Below are positions 11,663 through 23,681 of a DNA stretch of 64,000 nt, in pieces (positions within the stretch are counted from its first letter, which is position 1; each line of letters begins with the position of its first letter). The notes under the pieces were generated by a model. It saw only the letters and a program-made list of their open reading frames with translations, did not search any database and was not told the origin of the DNA. The stretch spans positions 372,001-436,000 of the forward strand of contig JAIVFI010000009.1 of the NCBI GenBank assembly GCA_025558095.1, given 5' to 3'. This DNA comes from Hyaloraphidium curvatum SAG 235-1 (lineage: Eukaryota > Fungi > Monoblepharomycota). Position numbers and translations under genes: made by a program.

Positions 11663-13816
11663 ATGATCCACCTGGGCGACGCGTTCTCGGACTCGCCGGC
11701 GTTCCGTGCGTCCATCTCGGAATCGGAGCGGTACCTCTCCTTCCTCGACGACATCGTCCGGAACCTGCTGCGTTCCGCAAACGCCGTCATCGAAGCGCAG
11801 AAGGTGCTCGCGGCCGCGCAGGACGATCTCGCCTCGTGGATCCGGAAGCTCGGGACCGTGTTCGACGGCGAGCACGACAACCTGAACGACGGACTGGACG
11901 ATTTTGCGCGCTCGCTGTCGAACCTCGAGCAGAGCCGCGAATCCTTCAACCTGCAGCTCGAAGATGCCTTCATTCGCCCGCTCGCCGACTACGAGACCAG
12001 CATCTCGGAGGGCTCCACCAGGAAGCTCGCCAAGGAATGCGCGGCTGCGCGCGAGAACTACGAGAAGGCCCTGGAGCGCTACCTCAGCAAACCAGCCTCG
12101 AACGAGGAGGCCATTTCCGAGGCCGCGTCTGAAACTGCAGAAGCCAACTATGAGCGCCACCGCCAGACGCTGCGCTACTGCCGCCACCTCAACGAACGGT
12201 CCGAGAGGCAAAAGTTCGAGCTGCTGGACTACCTTCTTGTCCTCTGCTTCAGCTACTCAACCTTCTACCACGCCGCCCACGAGATGATGTCCGAGAGCAA
12301 GCCGGGGATGGACCACCTCTCGCGCAAGCTCCAGCTGGCCAAGCACGGGATCGCCGCGGCGCAGAACGATGACCAGGTCGAGTCCAAGTACCTGTCGGCC
12401 GCGCTGTCGCGGTACAATCCCGAGCTCTCCAACTTTGTCGGGCCCTCGTCGCCGACTTCGGCGCAAAAGTCGGGTTACCTCTTCAAGAGGCCGGCAAAGA
12501 CGCTGCGGAACGTCTGGAGCGCGTGGGAGAGGCGATGGTTCACCTGCGACATCATCTCCTCGCGGCTGTTCTACGTCCGTCCCGACGGAGCGGACAACGA
12601 GAAGCAGGAAATCGACCTCCGAACGGCGATGGTTCGCAAGGCGCGCGATCCCGAGAGGCGCTACTGCTTCGAGATCGTCTGCCCGAACCGGACTTTCGTG
12701 CTGCAGGCGGAGAACAAGCAGGAGATGGGCGCTTGGATCGATTGCCTCCAAAAGGCCAGCGCGCGGGCCCTGTTCCTGCACCGTCCGCCGGAGCAGCGCA
12801 GCGGTGCGTCCGCGGTCCTGGAGCGGCTCATGGCGGTGCCGGGCAACAACCGCTGCGCCGATTGCGGGGACTCCGATCCGACGTGGGCCGGCGTGTCGTG
12901 GGGCGTGACGCTGTGCATCGACTGCTCGGGTGTGCATCGGAACCTCGGACGGATCGGCCAGGTCTCCAAGATCCGCAGCCTGACGCTCGATCACTGGACA
13001 CCGGAAGCGACCGAAGTCATGGCCGCGCTGGGGAACGAGCGCGTGAACGCCATCTTTGAGGCCGTGTAGGTTCCTCCACTGGTGGAAAGCGACTTTCGGT
13101 TCTCACGCATCTCCTCCAGGCTGGGCCCGCGTTCCGCCGACGGCGTCGACCTGGTGAGGCCGCCCCGAAAGGCGGAGAGGGATGTGCTGGAGAAGTACAT
13201 CACCGCCAAGTACGTGGCCAAGCAGTACATGAAGGACCTGAATCCGGAGGAGACGGTGGAGACCCTGACGCAGAAGCTGTGGGATGCGGTGGCGGAGGGC
13301 GACCTGGCAACGTCGCTGCAGCTGCTGGCTTGGGGTGCGGCCATCAACCTGCGCAACATCGACGAGCAGGGTCGCACGTTGCTGCACCACACGGTGCGGA
13401 GCGGGACTTGCGGGGAGCACGTGATCGATTTCCTGCTGCTGCAGGGCGCTGAGGTGGATCTGCAGGACGATCTCGGCTTCACCGCGTTGCATTACGCGGT
13501 GCAGATGGGCAACCTCCGCGCCGCACTCGTTCTCCTTCGCCGGGGTGCGAGCCTTTCCGTTCGCGATTACCTGGGCACGTCGGTGCTCGACGTTGCGGAG
13601 CGTTCCCGGGACCCCTCGTGCATCACACTTGTGCGTGCACTGACGCAGGGGCTCATGACCGTGGACCAGGCAGCGGAGATGCTTCTCGGGGCTGACGACA
13701 CGGGCGGAGCGCAGGCCACGAAAGCGGACGTGCGCCGTGGCACTTCGAGCACGCTCACGGTGGTCGGAGGTATCGGCTCGGATCCGTCAAAGGCGGGCAG
13801 CGACTCGGACGTGTAA
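11663..13816 (+). CDS. ArfGAP with BAR, PH and ankyrin domains (ACAP/centaurin-beta-like), 2 exons
   Basis: DSPAFRASI (BAR), KSGYLFKR...WERRWF (PH), CADCG...PTWAGVSWGVTLCIDCSGVHRNLG (ArfGAP) and GFTALHYA (ANK). Confidence 0.92.
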
Positions 13817-13864
13817 CTGAGGCTCCGGGGCAAACATGGTCGAGTCCAATCGATTCACGGTGTT

Positions 13865-13870
13865 TGTACA
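13865..13870. terminator. Palindromic TGTACA in the 62-bp ArfGAP/eL20 convergent gap; candidate 3'-end signal
   Basis: tgtttGTACAggg; same hexamer as at 5379 and 28595. Confidence 0.45.
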
Positions 13871-13878
13871 GGGCCCGC

Positions 13879-14829
13879 TCAGGCAAAGGTGCTCGGCCGC
13901 TTGCCCACGAAGGTCTGCTTGTACCGCTTGGGCACCCGCAGGACACGGTGGGGCAGCGGGAACTTGATCCCGGGCTCGACCACCTGCTTGATGTAAGGCC
14001 TCCGCACCTCGGAGGATTTGATCTCGGCGACGCGGATGATCTGGATCGAGGAGAAGCGGGCACGGTGCCGGGCAGCCATGTCCTGGTCTGCACGTCAACA
14101 GAGGCGGTTAGCTGCCAGCCAGAGCTGTTCAAGCGGGGGCAACTCACAGCACACCGAGACGGCGTCCGCGCGGCTCATTTCCCGGTACTCCTTGTACATG
14201 TTGTGGGTACCGGAGCGCGAGTTGTAGCGGATCCAGATGCCGTAATTTTTCGGGCGCAGGGGGTTCTTCTCGAAGATCTGAAGGTGGGGAGCTGTGAGTC
14301 GTCTGCTACGCGCAGCGCTGCCCCGGTTTCCGGAGCCACAAGACCAGCAACCCGCTCCGAAGTCCATCCCGAACGTCTGTCCTCCCCATCCCGAAAATCC
14401 AAGCAGCAGCCTCCGTGGACGTCCTCCGCACTCGCACCCCGACCGACCGCCCACCCCAAGCCGCTCCGACAATCACCTGGTTGATGGTCACGATCTCGCC
14501 GTTCGCCTTCTTGACCCGCTTGAGCTTCTTGAGAAAGTACCAGAACCGCGACTTCGCCACGACCTCGTTCGGGGCGAAGATGCGCATCCGGTACAGCTTG
14601 GGCACCGGAATGGTCTCGGTCGGGTTGTGGCGCCCGATGACCTGGTACTCCTTAAGCTGCGGCACAGCGAAGCGATGGCACGGGGAGGAGGTCGGCAGAT
14701 GGTAGGGAGGTGCGGGAAGGAGGTGTGAGCCCAGTTCTGGCGACCGCCCAGCCCAGCCAATCCCATGGTTTCCGCCCAGCATTCGCGTCAACCAGCACGA
14801 CCAGTGTAGCCGCTGCAGTGAACCGCCAT
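13879..14829 (-). CDS. RPL20: 60S ribosomal protein eL20 (L18a), 4 exons
   Basis: LKEYQVIGR...[44 protein letters not shown] and [14 protein letters not shown]. First micro-exon (ATG GCG, start 14829) is inferred. Confidence 0.93.
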
Positions 14830-15117
14830 CCTCCAGGGGCTGCCCGTCGCGTCGCGCCAACGCCCGCAGCCTACACCCGCGTCCCCACGAGCTGCCACGG
14901 GCCCCAGTTCTGCCCGCCACGACGTGCCAGCCGACTCCACGGAGCAATCGTCACCCCGCCGCACTCCGAGGATAATCACCACTGCCATCCTGCCGAGTGA
15001 AGGGGCGAGAGGGGAGGAGGGAGTCGCGCGACCACAACCGATCAACTTGCACACAGTCGGTCGTGCCCTGGGTTGTAACCCCAAGACCAATCCCTTGGCG
15101 CAACCGGAATCAAGTCG

Positions 15118-15754
15118 ATGGGCGACGATCTCCCGGGCTCGCGGCAGCCCCCGCGGCGCCGAGCTTCGGGCCCGCGCGGAGCGGCATCGCCCACGGCGGC
15201 GTCGCCGACGAGCCCGGTGGGTCTGCCGTCTCCTACCGGCACCATGCCCGGGGCGGGCAGGTCCGCTTTTGGCGAGTGGGCCCGCGTCCTGAACGACGGT
15301 AGGTGCCTGCGAACGAGCCCCGACATGGGTGCAAAGCTGATGGGGCTCCGCATATGTTGTACGATCGGCTGTCCCTTTGGGCACTCCCTGTGGACTTGCT
15401 CGGGACCAGGTTGGGCCGATGCCAACTCCCGCGCACGGGATCCAAGCGTGCCTCCTATTGAGAAGCCGGTGCTGCTAAAGGGGACCGACAAGGAGGGTTC
15501 CGGACCTGCCTGGGGCGGCAAGAGCTCAGGTCCCGCGTGGGGAGGCGGAGCAAAAGGTGGGCAAGGCTCGGGACGGCTCGCGAGCCCCTGAACGGCTCGC
15601 GGGCTCTACGCAGCTGTTCGGTCGTGGCGACATGGGGCTTATCGCGAACATCGCAGGCCCGGCGCGTGGACTCTTGTCGGACGGGCGGTCATTCCTCGCC
15701 GCCTTGAGGTCTTCGTCTCCGGTATCGCCAAAGAAAAGTCCCGCCTCTTCCTGA
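15118..15754 (+). CDS. Small hypothetical protein (probably 2-3 exons) with repeated GPAWGG
   Basis: ORF MGDDLPG...IEKPVLLKGTDKEGSGPAWGGKSSGPAWGGGAK joins in frame through GT..AG intron 15557-15656 to GPARGLLSDGRSFLAALRSS...*; it fills an otherwise empty 1.2-kb gap. Confidence 0.5.
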
Positions 15755-16022
15755 CGATACCACCCGCGGACGTGTGTCGTTTACGGGCAGCGGCACGCGG
15801 CTTAATTCTCCTGTCTCCGTTCTGCGGAATGCACTGCGTCACCCCTCCGTTTCCATGTGCTCGCGTCCGCGTCCGCTCCCAGACACCGAAAGTCCAAGCT
15901 GATCTGCCGCCACCGGACCGACCGCAACAATCAAGAAGAGTCGTGTGACAGCATTTCCATGGCAGTCGCGCGCACGGAATCTATTCCCGCCGCGCTGGTG
16001 GAATCCGATCGTCCATCCCCTC

Positions 16023-17400
16023 TCAAGCCTTCGTCACGAACTCGGTGCCCTTGACGATGTTGGCCTTGAGCTGTGCGTTTGAGGTTGTGTCAGCGTGCAA
16101 CTCGAAATCGGAGACCGGCAACCACTCGCCTCCCCGATCGCGGCCTTGTACAGCTCCTGCTCGTACGGCGACATCGAGCCGATGGGCAGAATCTTCTCGA
16201 CACCAGACGGCTGCCGGAACGACGCGGATCAGCACGAGTCCGACACTGGCACCAAAGATCACGTACCCCAAGCTCCACGGGGCCGGCGAAGAAGGAAACA
16301 CCGTCTGCGAGCGGATCACACCGCGGATCAGCACACGGACGCCCGCGACAGGACGGCTCTGCACCCACCCTTCGTTGCCTGGTCGCTGTCGACGTACGTG
16401 CACTCCACGACGCCCTTCTCCCCCTTGAATGCCGCGCGCATCAGGGACTCCACGAACCGGTAGCCGGCGTACGCCATCGAGAGCGTCGCCGAGCCCGTGC
16501 CGTTCTTGGCCTTGACGACCTCGTCGCCGCCGTACTGGATGCGCTTGGTGAGCGCCTCGATCTCCTCCTGGGTGAACTGCAGGCCGGTCTGGTGGGGAGA
16601 TCAGCGCCCGTACCGGCGGGGCTCCCGGGCCGGCGCACCTGGCTGAGCAGGGGCAGGATGGTGACGCCCGAGTGGCCGCCGACCACGGTCACCTTGGTGG
16701 TGACGGGGTCGGTGCCCTTGACCTCGGCGACAAAGGTCGACGCGCGCACGACGTCGAGGGTCGAGATACCGAACAGGCGCTTGGGGTCGTAGACGCCCGC
16801 CTTCTTGAGGACCTCGGCGGCGATGGGGACGGTGGAGTTGACGGGGTTGGAGATGATGCAGATGAAGGCTGCAGGGGGCGATCAGCTGCGCGGGACGGGA
16901 TGCTGGCCGGTTCCGGGACCAACCCTTGGGCGACTTCCTGCGTGCGGGCGGGCAAGCATGTTAGAGCGGCCGGGTGCGGCAGCACGTCGCACGCACTTTG
17001 CGATGGCGGTGACGAGGGTCCGCACGATGCCTGCGTTGATGTTGAACAGGTCGTCGCGCGTCATGCCGGGCTTCCTCGGCACGCCGGCGGGGATGACGAC
17101 GATGTCGCAGCCGGTCACGGCCTCCTCGAGCTGCGCGTCGCCGATGTAGCCGGACACCTTTGCCTTCGTGTTGATGTGGCTCAGGTCGGCTGCGACGCCG
17201 GGCGTGTTGACGACGTCGTAGAGCGACAGCTCCGAGACGTCGGGGTTCCCCTTGACGAGCAGCGCGAGCGGCTGGCCGATGCCGCCGGCGGCTCCGAGGA
17301 CGGCGCACTTGACCTGTGGCGGACGGCGGGGCGGGGGCCGGGCGGCGGGCGGTGGCGGCGGTGAGTGCGCGGTCCGCGCGCGCCGCGGGTCGCCCACCAT
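16023..17400 (-). CDS. MDH: NAD-dependent malate dehydrogenase without a presequence (likely cytosolic), multi-exon
   Basis: M|[49 protein letters not shown] and [11 protein letters not shown]; ends EFVTKA*. Confidence 0.96.
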
Positions 17401-17665
17401 TGCGGAGGGAGGGGAGCGGGAGGGAAACGAGGCCGAAGGTGGAATGCGCTGCTGCCCGAGGCGGGAGACCGTGAACGCGGCGGGGAGCGGGTTTGCGGAG
17501 TTCGGGTTGGGAGTTGAGTCTTGACGAGGGGCGGCGTTGCCTCGCCGGAGCATTCCGGTCTCACCCGAGGCAGGCCCCACAGCCCCGGACCATCACGTCC
17601 GAATGGGGCAAATTGACATGTTCCGGGTATACATCGATCGCAGCATTCCCACCGGCTGGCATTGG

Positions 17666-18981
17666 CTAGCCGTCCGCGGTGCCGCACTGCTCCCACTCCC
17701 CCGAGAGCGCCTCCTTCCACAGCGTGATCTTGTTGTCCCCGCAGCTCACCGCCAGCACGTTGCCCATCAGCGACCAGCTCACGCGCCACACCACGTCCGT
17801 GAAGGGGTCGGCCTTGAGGGCCTTTTTCGTCCACGGCGTGCCGGGCGCCTCCTGCGTCCAGATGAGGACCGTCTTGTCCTGGCGGTGCGGATCGCCGCGG
17901 TCAGCAAACGCAGGTGAAGGGCGGCCGCGCAAAGGTCTCACCTGCGAACAGCTCGCGATGTAGCTCGTGGGCAGCCCGATGGTCGGTGCCCATGCCACGT
18001 CCCGCACCCAGTCCGAGTGACCCTCCAGGATCCCGTCTTCCCGCCACGTCCCGTTCTCCTCCCTGTCAGCGGCAGGATGTCAGCCAGCCGCCCATACTTG
18101 CCCGGGACAGGCCTCACGGGCCAGCCCAACTGCTGACCACTCTGAAACGCACCTCCAAATCTTGACCACGTTGTCGCACCCGCCCGACGCGAACCGTTTC
18201 GGCGCATTTGCGCCCTGCGCAGGCGACGCCATCGCCAGCAGGCTGCCCGGCACGCTCGACGGCGCCCACGACACGGCGTTCACGCCGATGCCGTGCCCGT
18301 TGAATATGGAGGATTCCCATGAGCCGTCCTCTGCGGCGCAAAAACGCCGTGAGAATGGACACGAGGGGTTGCGGAGCAGCGGAGGCCCACCCTTGCAGGT
18401 GTGGACCGAGATGCGGCCGTCCGACGAGCCGGCGGCCAGGATGAGGCCATAGTCGTGCGGAGCCCACGAGATCGAGTTGACTGGGCCCGGACGAGAGTCA
18501 GGAGCCGCCCAACCGGACGTACGCCCGGGCACCGCACCGGAAGCCGAGTGGCTCTTGTCAAACTCCTTGACCTTTGCCCACGAGCCGTTGACCTCCTTCC
18601 ATACGACCACTTTCCCCTCGTAGCCGCACGAGGCCAGCAGCGAACCGTATTTCGGATGTGCCCACGCGACTTGCCACACGGGGCCGTCGTGGCTGCGGGA
18701 CGCGTTACCATAGGTTCGGAGGTCCAAGTCACTGTGGCCGCCCACCCCCTCAGCGTATCGACCAGCCGGTACGCCGCGCCATTTTCCGCGGTGTCGAAGA
18801 TGCGCACGGTGCGGTCCGACGAGCACGTCGCGAGCCGCTTGCCGTAGTAGTCTAGCTGCGCGTCGTGCTGGGCAGTCCGGGTGTCACCGGGGCGAGGCCG
18901 TGCGGGCTCCTAAGCACCCACAACGAGGTCCTCGTGATTCGTCGGTACGTCGATTCTGTTTGACGATTGCACCGCCGCCAT
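17666..18981 (-). CDS. SEC13: COPII/nucleoporin WD40 protein Sec13, multi-exon
   Basis: [34 protein letters not shown] and [27 protein letters not shown]. Confidence 0.96.
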
Positions 18982-19065
18982 GGAGGCGTCGGAGGGGGTT
19001 CTCCAGCTGCGCTATTGACTTCGCCCCGCGTAATCAGAGACGTGGTTATTGGACTCTCCAACTCG

Positions 19066-19803
19066 ATGCTCCGAGCTGCACCCCGGGTGGCGGCAGCAAG
19101 TTGCCGGTGTATCGCAGCTGCAGCTGCGATTGCAGCTCCGCGGGCCCCGCGACGCGTTCGGACCCCCGTAGTCTGGGTTTCGCGGCCCGATGCGCTCTCT
19201 CCGCACCGCCCACCACGGGCTCGCACGCTGTCCTCCGCGGCCCAGCCCGACCACGATCCCGCATCAGAAGCATGGGAGCCTAGGTTGGCCCTCGTGCGGG
19301 CTCCTTGGCAAGCTGGAGAGCTCATTCAACCCTCTGCGACAGCCCGATAGAGCCCGAGGTGTACCACGCCATCGCGGACGCGGGCATGGACAGCATGACC
19401 GAGTACTTTGAGGCACTGGCGGACGAAATGGACCTAGACGGGATGGACGTCGAGTATTCGGTCGGTTTCGCCCCCTTCCACCCAGGTTGAAACTGATCGG
19501 ACGCCCCGCGGACAGCAAGGCGTCCTGACCCTGCGGCTGGGCGCGCTGGGGACCTACGTGCTGAACAAGCAGCCACCAAACAAGCAGATCTGGCTGTCGT
19601 CGCCGTCGAGGTGGGCCCCGCCGATTGCCGCTGGTGCCCTTGCTGAATGACGCGATCGCAGCGGGCCCAAGCGGTACGACTACGATCCGGATCGGCGGCA
19701 GTGGGTCTACCACCGGGACGGCAGCAGCCTGGACGACCTGCTGGACACGGAGCTCACGAAGCTGCTGGGGCGGGACATCCGCGTGCCTATATCTGTGGAA
19801 TGA
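19066..19803 (+). CDS. YFH1: Frataxin (mitochondrial), 4 exons
   Basis: Presequence MLRAAPRV...; DVEYS|[31 protein letters not shown]|SGPKRYD. Confidence 0.95.
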
Positions 19804-19806
19804 GCA

Positions 19807-20777
19807 TCACGGTCTGTCGGCTTCCGCCGCTCCTTGCGCCGTTTCCGCAGTCTTCGCACTCTCCGCGACGTCCGCGACCTCCGCCTCCTCCACCACCTCC
19901 GTGTCCTCCGTAAGCCGCCCGTCCGCCGGCTCCGCGCTCGCCGCGGGTGCCGGACCCGAACCTTCCGGGGCCACGATTATGCTGATCGTCATGGTTCCAA
20001 GCTCGCCGAGGTTGACGGCAAAGAAATGAGGTCCAAAAGTCCGCACCCGGTCCCCTTCGATCCTGCTCTCGTCCACAAAGATCTGCTTCTCCCTCAGCGC
20101 CTCGGCCACGTCCGCGGGACCGATGGAGCCAAAGAAGCCCTCCGAGCCCTCGGAGCTCTCGATGCGGCGGAACTCGAGCGGGCCGGCGAGCGACCTCAGC
20201 TGCTCGGCCTCCTGGGCCAGGGCGCGTTCCAGCTCGCGCGTCTTTGCAGCTTTGAGCGCTGCCTCGCGCGACTCTGGGCGGATGGTCACGCCCAGCGCCT
20301 CGTCGAGCAGCCGTGCGTGTTCCAGTGCCCGCGCGACAAAGTCCTCCGGCCAGATGGGTTTGCCCGTCGAGTCGAGCGGTACGTAGCGCGCCAGCTTCTT
20401 TGGCAGCAGCCACCGCTGCGACGCCTCGCCTGGGTGCGAGCAACGCCGCCAAGAGCAACGGGAGATCGGGATCACCGGATTGGCATGCCGACGATGTTCC
20501 GGGTGAGAATCGTGGGGAGCGGTCAGACGGGCAGGCGTGCGGGGGCGGCGCACCCACGAGAAACGGCCACGACGTCGCCCGCCCGCGCGTTGAGCTCGGC
20601 GACGTCCTCGCTGAGCACCATGAACACGCCCTTGAACTTCTTCTCGCGCTTGGTCGACGCCGGCCGTGCGGGCACCACCAGCGCGGCCGCGTCGCCCCTC
20701 GCGCCATCGCGGGGCATCGCGGCGCGAATCGCACGCGGCAGCGCCGACGCGCATCGGCGGCATCCGAAGGCAAGCAT
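19807..20777 (-). CDS. Mitochondrial ribosomal protein bL9m, probably 2 exons
   Basis: MVLSEDVAELNARAGDVVAVS (L9 N-domain) and GFFGSIGPADVAEAL...RVRTFGPH (L9 C-domain); Arg-rich presequence. Confidence 0.75.
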
Positions 20778-20975
20778 CGCCGAGCAGACGCGGAGCAGGC
20801 GATGGTCCACTTTTGTTCTGCCGCAAGAAATGATGATCTCTCTCGCGCACCTCCGCGCCTCGCGCTTGAGACTCTCTGAATTACGGAACGGCCCGCGGCC
20901 GCGCTCATCAAGCGGCCGGCGCTGGAGCACCTGCCGGCAAAGGCAGCTGAAGCCGCTTCCCGGTGGTCCGGCGCC

Positions 20976-23681
20976 ATGGGCCTCGCGGGGGCGCCCGCAC
21001 CGTCCGCGCCCAAGCTGGACAACGCGCAGCTGGCCCCGTTCAAGTGCACAGAGGTCCAGGTGCGCGACAGGAAGCTGTCGAGGGTCACGTGCTATTTCGA
21101 TGTCGACGATCCCGGTATGCGGGGAAGCCCGGCATGGAGGCGCGGGCTCACGCCGCGTCCGCGGCCCAGGCACCCTGAGATCAAGCACGCAGTTCAAGCT
21201 GGTGCTGGAGGGCATCGGGCCAGATGGCAAGCGGGGGAAGTATTCTCTCGGGGTGGGCCTGCCGGCGGGTTCCTATGGAGCCTTCGCCTGACGACCGCAA
21301 AGCTCGACGACATCAAGAACGTCTCGGGGAGCAAGGAGACCAACAGACTGGTCGTCGCCTTTGACAGCGACAAACCGGCCGTGACCATGTGCTTGGAGGA
21401 ATCCGATGTGGACCGGAAGGAAGGGCTTAGGGGCACGCTCAAGATGATCCGTTCTCTCGGGGGTGGGCACCTCGGGCCGCTGCCCGGCACGACCGGCCGC
21501 TGATCTCGCGACCAGGAAAATCCTCTGGCGGCTCGCGGCCCCATTCGTCACCCCCGCCCGTGGGTCATCCGGGATCGGCTGCTGTGGAAGACGACCTCTT
21601 TTCGGTAGCTGCCCCGGACACCAAGAAGCGCAAGATCGAGGCGCTCGGCGCGAGGTACGACGCGCCGCGGAAATCGACTGGCGGTGGCAGCAAGGCGAAA
21701 AGCATCCTCACCGCCGGGTACAACCCGACGGATCGCTTGAAGGCACCCGAGGAGAAACGCGGCTTCCCGAGCAGCTACGAGTCTCCCATCGTGGGTCGAC
21801 CCGGGCCGCAGAGGACAATCGCCGAGCTCATCGTGTTCCCCGCCAGCCCAAGTTCGTCATGTCTTCGTCCCCGCCTCCCTCCCCAACCCGCCGGTCCCTT
21901 GCCGAACGCAGACCCGACTCGGGCGTGCGGTCCGGCCAGAGCAGCCCCCATCTGGCCACGATCGGCCCTTCTTCCTTCTACACATCGTCGTCGCGGAAAC
22001 GCGAACGGGAGCACTTTTTCATGCCCGGAATGAGCAACAAGGAGAACGTGGCTTTGCACCAGAGGATGATGGCATCTTCGGGGACCAAGCGCGACGGGTG
22101 AGAAGCCCCGTTCGGTCATGCACCTCCGCGCCGAGCTAAAGCTTGTTGCCGCCAAGCTTCCGCAACCAGGGGCAGACCTGCTACCTCAACGCCGTGCTCC
22201 AGCTGCTTTACCACCTCACACGCTTCAAGACCACCCTCCTCCGATCCTCGGACGACGTCGCCAGGAGCGCCGCGGACGGCGGCTACGACGAGGACAAGGT
22301 GGCCAGTTTCCGGAGCTCGGTGGGCGAGTCCCTCGCACACGTCTTCCGGAGCAAGCAGGGCAAGGACGTCGTCGACCCGGTGGCCCTAAAGAGGTGCATA
22401 GGCAGCATCCTCAAGCAGTTTGCCAACAACGACCAGGAGGTGCCCCCCTGTTTGCCGCCGTGTGGCATTGCACCTGACCTTTGTGGCCCCCAGGACGCCC
22501 ACGAGCTGCTTTACGCCCTCTTGGATCAGGTGCAGATGGACTTTGATCCATTCGGCTCGGGCGCGGATCCGGTGGTCAATCCCGTCGCCACCAACTTTGT
22601 CTGGGAGCTGGAGCAGTCCATGAAGTGCCGGGAGTGCGTCTACGAGTCGAGGCGAAGCGAGGTCTTCAACGACCTCTCGCTCGATCTCCCGTCGGAGAAG
22701 GAGATCGTGGGCGGGATCGTGCAGCTCCGCACCCTTCTGGGAAGCTTCTTCCAGGCACGCTCCCCGGGGCAAGACTGTTGCTGCCCTCTGCTGACCAGCC
22801 CCACCGCGCAGGAGGAAACGGTGAGCTACAAGTGCGAACGCTGTGACTGCAAGGAGGCCACCCTGCGGCGGCGCATTGTGCGCCTGCCGCGCTTTTTCCT
22901 CATCCACATCAAGCGCTACGTAGTCGACATGGCGGCGCTGGCGCTCGGGAAGGATGCCGTCGTGCAGAAGCGCGCGGACTTTGTCGGCATCGAAGATGCC
23001 CTGGACTTTTCGAAGTGGTGTGCCGAAGGGGTGCATCAACCGCCCCCTGATGCCGGCGAGAAGGGCGGCAGCACGGTGGACACGGACGCGCCGGCGGTGT
23101 CGTCTTTGTTTGCGGGCACGACGAAGGACGATCGGGGGGAGGCCGCAGACGAAGCTCCCCGGGGCTCGGACGCCGACTTTTGGGAGGCCGACTCGGACGT
23201 CTTGGATCCCTCCAAGCTGAACGAGGACGAGCAAATGCAGTGGGGTGGGTGGCTTTGCTTCGTGCCCGCGGACCCCTGGCAGCCCTGACAACTCCAATCA
23301 TCCAGCCCTTCGGGCAAGCTTGAAATACTCGTCGGAAGCGCCTTCATCCGACAACGGCGTCATCGAGCTCGACTCGGATGGGGACCATGGCGTATCAGCT
23401 GCCAAGCCAGTCGCATCCCGCCATCGTCGTCGATACCGGCTGCAAGGGTACGCACCAACATCGCCGACATCCCTGCTGTTCCTGACTCTTTCCACAGCGT
23501 CATCAATCACATCGGCTCCAGCTACAACCGCGGCCACTATGTCGCCGACATCCGCGATCCGAAAACTTCGCGGTGGCAGACATTCAACGACGACATGATG
23601 AGCACCCTGGGGTCGTTTGACGCGCTCCGACAAAAGCGCGGACGGTCCGTCTACATTCTCTCTTTCCAATTGACTGACTGA
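20976..23681 (+). CDS. Ubiquitin C-terminal hydrolase (USP), USP37-like architecture, multi-exon
   Basis: Cys box NQGQTCYLNAVLQ, Q|DAHELL, CERC zinc motif, His box HIGSSYNRGHYVADI..WQTFND; UIM-like NEDEQMQW|ALRASL within the catalytic domain. Confidence 0.85.

Noticed and set aside
15780-16025. Cryptic peroxisomal PTS1 via stop-codon readthrough in MDH (also checked TPI at 31978 and the HAD phosphatase at 7040)
   Set aside because: None has the TGA-CTA context, and the readthrough extensions I translated do not end in an SKL-like tripeptide.
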